A stretch of DNA of 38,311 nt, taken from the NCBI GenBank assembly GCA_020629475.1, contig JAHDDF010000002.1:2536-40846 (forward strand). Reading direction: 5' to 3'. Positions 1 to 7,128 of the stretch are shown piece by piece. Every line of letters begins with the position of its first letter. Positions within the stretch are counted from its first letter, which is position 1. The position numbers and the translations under genes were made by a program. The notes under the pieces were generated by a model that did not search any database, was not told the origin of the DNA, and saw only the letters and a list, made by a program, of their open reading frames with translations. This DNA is from Saprospiraceae bacterium (lineage in GTDB: Bacteria > Bacteroidota > Bacteroidia > Chitinophagales > Saprospiraceae).

Positions 1-420
1 GCCAATAGCCTTTGATGATCCTTAGAGTTCCAACCTTGGGCTTTACTAAAATCCGTGACGGCAGGAACTCCTTTTTCAAATGTCCCATCACCTTTTCCAA
101 AACCAACATAGACCATCGCGTTCCCAAAACCTATGATATCTATCTTGTCGTCATTATTGACATCTGCCAAAAGCCTCTGATGATCCTTAGAATTCCAGCC
201 TTGGTTTTTCCCAAAATCACTAACACCTAATCGCCCTGCACTGAAAGTGCCATCACCCTTGCCAAAACTAACCAATGTTCCTGCATTCCCGAACCCGACA
301 ATATCTATTTTACCATCATTGTTGACATCCGCCAATAACCTCTGATGATCCTTAGGGTTCCAACCTTGATTCTTTCCAAAATCACCAACTTTTAATTGAC
401 TAGGCTTAAAATATACAGCA
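1..420. repeat. 165-bp (55-codon) tandem coding repeat inside the FG-GAP gene, about 2.5 copies in the window
   Basis: The anchor TGATGATCCTTAG recurs at 13, 178 and 343, an exact 165-bp spacing. The surrounding sequence is recognisably conserved at the DNA level with scattered substitutions. Confidence 0.7.
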
Positions 421-500
421 TTAGAAACTTGACCGTAAATAATATTGAAGCTGCATCCCAACAGAAAGGATATTAAAAATAAAATCTTCATGTTTCTCAT
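1..500 (-). CDS. FG-GAP/VCBS-type repeat secreted protein (N-terminal part; the C-terminus runs off the left edge)
   Basis: Absent from the ORF track because no stop codon lies inside the window. Reverse-strand translation from the ATG at 500..498 gives MRNMKILFLISFLLGCSFNIIYGQ (signal peptide). This is followed by ~55-aa units of the form GDFGKNQGWN(P/S)KDHQRLLADVNNDGKIDI(V/I)GFGNA...FGKGDGTF. The D-x-N-x-D-G-x-x-D plus FG...G pattern is typical of FG-GAP/VCBS propeller blades. Confidence 0.8.
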   Translation of the reverse strand, partial: MRNMKILFLISFLLGCSFNIIYGQVSNAVYFKPSQLKVGDFGKNQGWNPKDHQRLLADVNNDGKIDIVGFGNAGTLVSFGKGDGTFSAGRLGVSDFGKNQGWNSKDHQRLLADVNNDDKIDIIGFGNAMVYVGFGKGDGTFEKGVPAVTDFSKAQGWNSKDHQRLL

Positions 501-529
501 GGTTTTCAATTTTAATTCTAGATATATCA

Positions 530-537
530 CAAAAGTA
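530..537 (-). promoter_or_regulatory. Candidate Bacteroidota sigma-A -7 box (TAnnTTTG) for the FG-GAP gene
   Basis: The reverse strand reads TACTTTTG, an exact match to TAnnTTTG, 29 nt upstream of the ATG at 500. No convincing -33 TTTG was found at canonical spacing. Confidence 0.35.
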
Positions 538-721
538 GTCGGAAGCGAAGGGTAACGGAACCACACAAGTATGTGGTTTTGGTGCGGGAAAGGTTAAGGA
601 AATTGGAAAGATGATTTCTATATAACTATTAAAGCCTCTTTGACTCTCTAGAACTTAACGGAAACTTCGGCCTTAGCCGGTTTAGCGGAGAGGGGCTTTT
701 TATTAAGCTCGTATTTCTTTG

Positions 722-3700
722 TTATATCCCAACCTCCAAGAAAATCAAAAACCCGTCTTCCTGACGGATATCCAACTTCGCATTAATCTCCCCCGCCCTC
801 ATTTTAATATTCGATAAGCCTTGTCCTGCGGATTTGGATTTGCCTTGGGATGTGGTTCCGTTGTCATGGATGGAAAAGGTGAATTTTCCTTTCTCTTTTT
901 TGAGCAAGACTTTTACTTCATCCGCATTGGAGTGCTTAACGATATTGGTAATCGCCTCCTTGAAAATGAGATATAAATGTTGCCGCAGTTCCGTCGCCAT
1001 TTTTTCATGGGGTTTTATTCCCGTTTGAACGACGTGGTGCTTTATACCCTTCGGTTCCAAATTTTCGAACGCGAATTCATTCATCCGATCCATTAATGCA
1101 TCCCAATTATCCCTTCTGGCATCCATCGTCCAAACGGCATCCCGCATTCTTGACATGGCGGAACGACTAAGTTGACTAAGCCTTGAAACTTTCTTTTTAT
1201 TTTTTTCGTCAATGGTATATTCCAGAATTTCGGATTGCATGGCTAATCCCGTTAGAATGGAACCTACGTCATCATGTAAATCGCTGGAAATTTTAGTTCT
1301 TAATTTTTCAATGGCAAGGCGTTTTTCTAATTTTTGCTTGAAATAAAAATACAATAAGGAATAAATAATCAGCCCTAAACTTAGCGTGCACAAACCCCAA
1401 AACCACCATGTCCTAAACCATGCTTGATGAACAATAATGGGAACGGATAATACTTCGTTATCCCAATTATCGCCTTTTATGCTGCCTTTTACTTTAAATA
1501 CATATTTACCCGGTGGCAAGCTTGTAAATTTCACATAATTTTCTTTTTGTGCCGAAGACCATCTTGTATCGTAACCTTCTAGTTTATATTTATAAAATCG
1601 ACTATCCAAAGAGTTATAATTCAACAAAGCAAAATTAAACTGAAGCATTTTGTCATTATATGCCAATTCTATTTTATCAATATTCTTCGGGAGAAAACCA
1701 ATATTAAATAAAGAGTCCGTTTTTCCTTTTAATATGGTATAACTTGATAATTCCAATGAAACTTTTGCATTTTGTTCTTCTTGTAATTTATGTTTTACCA
1801 GTAAAGAATCAGGATGAAACAAAAAGAACCCATTGTGGGTACAAACTCCTATCTCTCCACTCGACAACACCCTCATACCCCTTGCCCCTACTCCCGCACC
1901 TTCCTCCTGCGAAAAGAAAATGTGCTTTTCGGTATTGAAGTTATAATAATGCATTCCTTTGTTACCTTCCACCCATGTGACACTATCCCCATAAAAGACG
2001 GCGCCCATAATTAAATTTGAATTAAAAATTGAATTATCAATATATTTTTCAATTGACTTTGAACGTGTATTAAATAGTGCAACTTGATCGGAATCGTAAA
2101 TCCATATATAATCTTTTTGGGATTTTTTTACGTTTAAACTCCAGTCCGTCCTCCAGGTTATTTTCTTACTCCCAAAAAAAGTTGTTTCTTTTTTGTATGA
2201 CGTTAAACCTTCTTGGTTGTCTAGAAAAAAAATGCCGCTTGTCGTCGGCAGCCACAAATTTCCATATTCTTCTTCAACCATATTATTCACACGGGTATTA
2301 TCAAAATTTAATAAACCTTTTGGATCTTGATAATTCCCTTGAAACTCCAAGGTTCCTTGATCTAGTTTTGCAAATAACCTTGTATTAAGCCCTTCCTTTC
2401 TTCCTGACACCCAAACATCCCGGTCTTTTGTTTTGAGGATATGATCGATTAGTTTTAGCGGTGCTTTTTTTCTTTTTACTTCGTAATTTTCATCAAACGT
2501 GTAATAAGCGTCCCATGTACAATAAATCCTTGTATCCCCTTCTATAAATATATTTGTTTTTCCTTTTCCGTTCAGGGGGAGCGGAAGTGCTTTTATTGAC
2601 CTATCCTTGGGATTAAAATCGTAAGTGAACCTACCATCTTGGACAATAATTCTCCCGTCCTCTTCTTCAGTGATGCTGTACGGCGTCGCATTTTGATAAA
2701 CATTATCACCACGTAAATCATATACCTCCTCAAAAATACGGGAAGGAATATGCTCATAAATATCATGCTCCTCATTTTGGGTATCTACGAGATAATTATC
2801 AAAATGACTTTCCTTGTCCCTTATTTTAAAAACGCCACCTCTTTTTATGCCCCAAATATTTCCGTCCTTATCTTCTTTAATCAATTTGATGTCTCCCGCT
2901 CCGCCTTCCAAAACCTTGACCAGTGGTTTTCTAAAATTAACAATAGAACCGTCCTTAGGCTTGAATAAAAACAAATTGGAACTCTCTCCTCCCAAAAAAA
3001 TTCGATTCTTTTGGTCTATATGAATATGGAATATTCGGATTGGTGAATTTTTATTGTCCGAGCAAGGAGTCATATGGGTCAACTTTCCTGAAATGGGATG
3101 CCGCTCGAACTTTTCCGATAAGGAATTATATACTTCAAAAATACTTTTATCCATTCGCCAGAGATGCCCTTTGTTATCAATTCTGAAAACTTTGCATTCT
3201 TTAGTAGCAATGAATTCCTCTCGATCCTTTATAGGCAAAAGAACCTCACTTCCTTGACCATCCAAAATGACCAAATCACTATTTGTCCATAAAAAATAAA
3301 ATAAGCCGTCTTTGTCTTTTACATTATAATCCCAATCCACCTCCTGATCATTAATAATCGGAAATAAATCAAATGCCACGTTGAATTTTAGCGTGGTTTT
3401 ATCAAGCTTATATACCGGACGTGAATTAGCTATTGAATTGGAAGTAAACAACCATACGTCCTTTTTTTCATCCTCATATAAACAATCAATTCGATAATCC
3501 TCCGGCAAGCTAAAAACGTATTTCTTTTTCTTTGAATGCGGATGGAATAAACCTACTTTATCCCTTGCGGTAAACAAAATACTATCTCCTACAAAAACGA
3601 TATCGCCACGCAATTGAACATCGTCCCGTTCCTCTATCTCTTTTAGTTGCGTTAACGTAAAACCACCTCCGTCATATTTTAGGTAATCTTCATCATTATG

Positions 3701-3823
3701 CATCCAAACATAGTTGGAAGCATCTACTTCCAACCGGGTAATATATCCCTTATACGGGTATTCTATATCAAACGCGGATACCTGCGCGGAGGCGATGCTA
3801 CCCAAGCATGAGAGAAGTATCAA
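722..3823 (-). CDS. Sensor histidine kinase: large periplasmic beta-propeller/Y_Y_Y sensor, one TM helix, HisKA_3 (NarX/DesK-type) H-box, HATPase_c
   Basis: 1033-aa ORF. The Y_Y_Y-type motif YKYKLEGYDTRWSS...LPPGKYVFKVKG lies immediately before the TM helix WFWGLCTLSLGLIIYSLLYFYF. The H-box is ISSDLHDDVGSILTGL (HisKA_3). The N-box is IFKEAITNIVKHSNA, and the G-boxes are HDNG and GQGLSNIKMRA. The start is uncertain: the track starts at a TTG (3823), which leaves a signal peptide with no charged n-region. The in-frame stretch back to the stop at 3853..3851 has no ATG or GTG but contains a CTG at 3844, which would give (M)TRHLFILILLSCLGSIASAQ. Confidence 0.88.
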   Translation of the reverse strand: MILLSCLGSIASAQVSAFDIEYPYKGYITRLEVDASNYVWMHNDEDYLKYDGGGFTLTQLKEIEERDDVQLRGDIVFVGDSILFTARDKVGLFHPHSKKKKYVFSLPEDYRIDCLYEDEKKDVWLFTSNSIANSRPVYKLDKTTLKFNVAFDLFPIINDQEVDWDYNVKDKDGLFYFLWTNSDLVILDGQGSEVLLPIKDREEFIATKECKVFRIDNKGHLWRMDKSIFEVYNSLSEKFERHPISGKLTHMTPCSDNKNSPIRIFHIHIDQKNRIFLGGESSNLFLFKPKDGSIVNFRKPLVKVLEGGAGDIKLIKEDKDGNIWGIKRGGVFKIRDKESHFDNYLVDTQNEEHDIYEHIPSRIFEEVYDLRGDNVYQNATPYSITEEEDGRIIVQDGRFTYDFNPKDRSIKALPLPLNGKGKTNIFIEGDTRIYCTWDAYYTFDENYEVKRKKAPLKLIDHILKTKDRDVWVSGRKEGLNTRLFAKLDQGTLEFQGNYQDPKGLLNFDNTRVNNMVEEEYGNLWLPTTSGIFFLDNQEGLTSYKKETTFFGSKKITWRTDWSLNVKKSQKDYIWIYDSDQVALFNTRSKSIEKYIDNSIFNSNLIMGAVFYGDSVTWVEGNKGMHYYNFNTEKHIFFSQEEGAGVGARGMRVLSSGEIGVCTHNGFFLFHPDSLLVKHKLQEEQNAKVSLELSSYTILKGKTDSLFNIGFLPKNIDKIELAYNDKMLQFNFALLNYNSLDSRFYKYKLEGYDTRWSSAQKENYVKFTSLPPGKYVFKVKGSIKGDNWDNEVLSVPIIVHQAWFRTWWFWGLCTLSLGLIIYSLLYFYFKQKLEKRLAIEKLRTKISSDLHDDVGSILTGLAMQSEILEYTIDEKNKKKVSRLSQLSRSAMSRMRDAVWTMDARRDNWDALMDRMNEFAFENLEPKGIKHHVVQTGIKPHEKMATELRQHLYLIFKEAITNIVKHSNADEVKVLLKKEKGKFTFSIHDNGTTSQGKSKSAGQGLSNIKMRAGEINAKLDIRQEDGFLIFLEVGI

Positions 3824-3955
3824 TATGAAGAGGTGTCTCGTCAGTTTCGATTAAATTTTAAACACATTTCAAAAAGAAAACGAAGAAGTTAACCCACTAT
3901 TTTCCAAGATATAGGCAAAGGTTCGGTTCTTCAAAAATTCTTGACCTTAGGGGAC

Positions 3956-3989
3956 AAAAAAAGCACCTTGCCATTCCCGGCAAAGTGCT
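3956..3989 (-). terminator. Rho-independent terminator after the kinase-kinase-receiver operon
   Basis: The reverse-strand RNA reads AGCACUUUGCC-GGGAAU-GGCAAGGUGCU followed by seven U. The stem is 11 bp with one G-U pair. It lies 28 nt downstream of the receiver gene stop at 4017. Confidence 0.7.
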
Positions 3990-4016
3990 TTCTCTTCTAC
4001 GTTTCAAATTATTCGA

Positions 4017-4460
4017 TTAATCCAGCTCCTCCTTATTCGGGAACTTAACGATGGTAAACCAATAATCCTGTAACTTTTGGATAACCTCACCGAACTGCTT
4101 GAAATCGACGGGTTTCCGGATATAGCTACTGGCTTGTAGTTGGTAACTTTTTAGAATATCCTCATCGGCGGTGGAGGTGGTAAGGATGATAACGGGAATG
4201 CTTTTTAGGTCTTCATCCTCCTTTATCCTTTTCAGCACTTCCTGCCCGCTCAGCTTCGGCATATTCAAATCCAACAGGATAAGATCAGGTGTGGGGGCGT
4301 CAACATGCTTTCCTCTTTTAAAAAGAAATTCCAAAGCCTGCTCCCCATCCCGTGCTACGTGGAGTTGATTCATGATCTTTCCACGCTTAAATGCTTTTTT
4401 GGTAAGAAGGATATCCCCTTCATTATCCTCTACAAGTAATATCTCTACCGGTAAGCCCAT
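4017..4460 (-). CDS. Single-domain response regulator (CheY/Rcp1-like receiver, no output domain)
   Basis: 147 aa. The sequence begins EILLVEDNEGD (acidic pocket), has LILLDLNMPKLSG (phospho-acceptor Asp), ILTTS and YIRKP (conserved Lys), and ends after the receiver fold. Confidence 0.92.
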   Translation of the reverse strand: MGLPVEILLVEDNEGDILLTKKAFKRGKIMNQLHVARDGEQALEFLFKRGKHVDAPTPDLILLDLNMPKLSGQEVLKRIKEDEDLKSIPVIILTTSTADEDILKSYQLQASSYIRKPVDFKQFGEVIQKLQDYWFTIVKFPNKEELD

Positions 4461-4495
4461 TGTTTTTGTTTCAATTTTATATAAAAGTAATCGAA

Positions 4496-5851
4496 TTACT
4501 TTAAGCCCTTAAAAACGGAAAAGAAAAAAGTGGTTCCTTTCCCTTCTTCGGAATCCAACCAAACTTCTCCTTTATGATAATACACCAGTTTTTGAACGAT
4601 AGCCAAACCTATTCCCGTACCTGAATATTCCTCCTTACGGTGCAGTCGTTTGAATATTTCAAAAATCTGGTTTTTATATTCCATATTTATGCCAATCCCG
4701 TTATCCTTTACGGAAAAAACATGATATTCCCCTTCATCCTTATATCCTATTTCAATGGTAGGTATTTCGGATTGATTATATTTCAACCCGTTCGTAATAA
4801 GGTTGTTGAAAATAATGGAAAGGTAATTTTCGTAGCAAAGGATCGTTGGCATTTTATTATAAATAATCTGCCCCTTTTTCTGTTTTAGAACGAGGTTTAA
4901 ATCCTCTTTTTTCTTATCTAAAACAGCCGCTACATTGCATTCCTCCAAGGGTAAATTCTTACGCCCCGCCCTGGAATAATTTAATAAATCATCAATTAGG
5001 TTCGACATTCGGTTTACGCCGTCCACCGCAAAATTAATATATGTTTTCGCATCCTCATCTAACTCTTCTTGATATTCGGATTCAAGGAGTTGTACAAAAT
5101 TCCCCACCATTCGTAATGGCTCTTGTAAATCATGTGAAGCGATGTAGGCGAATTGTTCCAAATCCTTATTGGAACGCTGTAAACTTTCATTACTTACTTT
5201 AAGGGATTGTGTCCTTTTAGCAACCTCCTCTTCCAACTTCTCTTTCTGTTGCTCAAGTAATTTCCGATTTTCATTTATTTTTTTTGAATAACGGCTTTTC
5301 TCCGTTTCATAAATCCAAAGAATCAGAAGTAATGAGGTTACGAGAAAAAAAATACTACTGAAATAAAAATCCGCATTAGAAATATTCGATTGTTCGAAAT
5401 AGGTAACAACGGCATTTTTCTCTAAGTAATAGAAGTAACCAATTACACCTAAATAAAATACGGAAGAAATAAGCCCTATTCGTTTACCGCCAATTAAAAA
5501 GGCTAAAAAAGGGGCAATAATCATCCACAATAAGTCATCGGAAAAAATCCCACCGGAATTATGCGTCACGGGAATTAGCATAACAAAACAAAGGGTAACG
5601 AGACCGGTTGCCACCCACTCAAGAGAGCGTGTATATTTATATAAAAAAAGAAGCCCGATACAAGGAAGGATAATAAGCGGATACGATATCCCGTTATCGA
5701 ATTCACTTAGAAAAAAGTGTGTGACGAACCATAGAAATATGGCGATAAGGGTTACAATGAAAATAAGGGAAAATACGATCCTACCTTTCTTTTCATCCTC
5801 CGGGGCATCAGGGATTTCAGGAACAAAATATGAAACGACTTTATTTATCAT
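4496..5851 (-). CDS. Membrane sensor histidine kinase (multi-TM N-terminus, coiled coil, HisKA, HATPase_c)
   Basis: 451 aa. About 6 hydrophobic helices occupy the first 180 aa. The H-box is ASHDLQEPLRMV, the N-box is NNLITNGLKYN, G1 is VKDNGIGI and G2 is GTGIGLAIV. It lies 35 nt upstream of the receiver gene on the same strand. Confidence 0.9.
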   Translation of the reverse strand: MINKVVSYFVPEIPDAPEDEKKGRIVFSLIFIVTLIAIFLWFVTHFFLSEFDNGISYPLIILPCIGLLFLYKYTRSLEWVATGLVTLCFVMLIPVTHNSGGIFSDDLLWMIIAPFLAFLIGGKRIGLISSVFYLGVIGYFYYLEKNAVVTYFEQSNISNADFYFSSIFFLVTSLLLILWIYETEKSRYSKKINENRKLLEQQKEKLEEEVAKRTQSLKVSNESLQRSNKDLEQFAYIASHDLQEPLRMVGNFVQLLESEYQEELDEDAKTYINFAVDGVNRMSNLIDDLLNYSRAGRKNLPLEECNVAAVLDKKKEDLNLVLKQKKGQIIYNKMPTILCYENYLSIIFNNLITNGLKYNQSEIPTIEIGYKDEGEYHVFSVKDNGIGINMEYKNQIFEIFKRLHRKEEYSGTGIGLAIVQKLVYYHKGEVWLDSEEGKGTTFFFSVFKGLK

Positions 5852-5870
5852 TTTTCACCGTATCTGTTTT

Positions 5871-6905
5871 TCACTGAGGAATCATTACCTCAAAAATACT
5901 ACCGGCGCCTAACTCGGATTCCACAAGGTTTATTCTTCCCCCTTGTTTTCTTGCCGCTAATTGGACTTTAGCCAAGCCAATGCCGGACCCGGTCAGATTG
6001 GGACGGGAGTCCACCCGCTCCATGATTTCAAAAATGATTTGGTGATTTTTCTCTTCGATACCTTTTCCGTTATCCTTGAATCTAAAAAATTGACATCCAT
6101 CTTCAATGGAACAAGCAATATCGATAATCGGGGTACGTCCGGTGCTTGCGGCTATCGCATTTTTTATAAGCTCCTTGCAAATGACACCGAATAACTGCCT
6201 ATCAACAAATACCTCGATGTCCTCAGGAAATGAAATTTCCGCTTTTGTTTCTTGTATTAAAGCTTGCAGCTTGTGAATTTGCAGATGCAGTACATCCTCG
6301 AACCTCATTTCCTTTTTCTCTACTCGCTTCCTTGCTACCTTATTATAAAGGGAAAGGTTATTCAACAAGAGGTTCATCTTCTTTGAACCGTCTTGGATAA
6401 AATAGAGGTATTGTTTTCCTTCCTCATCCAATTGATCCTCATACTCTTCGCCCAACAACATGGAAAAATTAAGGATCGAACGCAATGGCTCCCCTAGGTC
6501 ATGGGTTATGATGTACGAGAATTTCTTCCCGGACTCCAACAAATCCTCATAATCCTGCTTGAGTTTTTCGACTTGGTTTAAGGAACGTTCAAAATCCACG
6601 GAAACGGCAAAATGCTTGGGATGCCCTTCACGGATATCCACCGGGATAAAATCCATTATGGCATTATTCCCTAGGAAATCCCCTTCGCAAGATGAGCGGG
6701 CTCCTTCCAAGCATTTAGAAAGGCAATCGGTGGAACTCGTATCCTTCCGCAGCAAATCCCAGATGTTTGGTTCACCGTCTAACAGGCGGAGTTCTTCTTC
6801 GGATTCCAGCTGGTTCGTATTTATGCCCGTGGCATACAAATCCTCCCCGAAGCTCAAGACCAAACTGCCTTGAAGCCGGTTTTTCGTTTCGATTTTAGTT
6901 TTCAC
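5871..6905 (-). CDS. Soluble (no TM) histidine kinase with a ~110-aa N-terminal PAS-like sensor
   Basis: 344 aa with a GTG start. The H-box is ITHDLGEPLRSI, the N-box is LIKNAIAAS, G1 is FKDNGKGI and G2 is GSGIGLA. No hydrophobic helices are present. Its stop is 19 nt before the next kinase start, so co-transcription is likely. Confidence 0.85.
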   Translation of the reverse strand: MKTKIETKNRLQGSLVLSFGEDLYATGINTNQLESEEELRLLDGEPNIWDLLRKDTSSTDCLSKCLEGARSSCEGDFLGNNAIMDFIPVDIREGHPKHFAVSVDFERSLNQVEKLKQDYEDLLESGKKFSYIITHDLGEPLRSILNFSMLLGEEYEDQLDEEGKQYLYFIQDGSKKMNLLLNNLSLYNKVARKRVEKKEMRFEDVLHLQIHKLQALIQETKAEISFPEDIEVFVDRQLFGVICKELIKNAIAASTGRTPIIDIACSIEDGCQFFRFKDNGKGIEEKNHQIIFEIMERVDSRPNLTGSGIGLAKVQLAARKQGGRINLVESELGAGSIFEVMIPQ

Positions 6906-6943
6906 AATGGTCGATTGATATAAAAATCGTATTGTATTCTGTT

Positions 6944-6951
6944 CAAATTTA
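6944..6951 (-). promoter_or_regulatory. Candidate -7 box (TAnnTTTG) for the 6905->4017 kinase/kinase/receiver operon
   Basis: The reverse strand reads TAAATTTG, an exact match to the consensus, 38 nt upstream of the GTG at 6905. Confidence 0.35.
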
Positions 6952-7128
6952 GAATAAATAAAATTGGGGAGGAAATTTAAAAGGTTAAGGCTGTTGGATT
7001 TAGCATAGGAAAACGCTTCTTATATGCTCTAACCAATATAAAAAACACTTCGTATGATGATTAAATAAAATACGCTTCGCCTTCCTATCTAGGATGTTTC
7101 TATTTTTACCTTTCACCAAATAATTAGA

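Noticed and set aside
12-230. 72-aa plus-strand ORF at the left edge
   Set aside because: It is antisense to the clearly coding FG-GAP repeat gene, and the repeat structure simply duplicates the spurious frame.
559-578. Hairpin AACCACA-CAAGTA-TGTGGTT followed by TT on the plus strand
   Set aside because: The stem is short and AT-rich, no plus-strand gene lies upstream to terminate, and it lacks a U-tract on the minus strand. There is insufficient support for any function.
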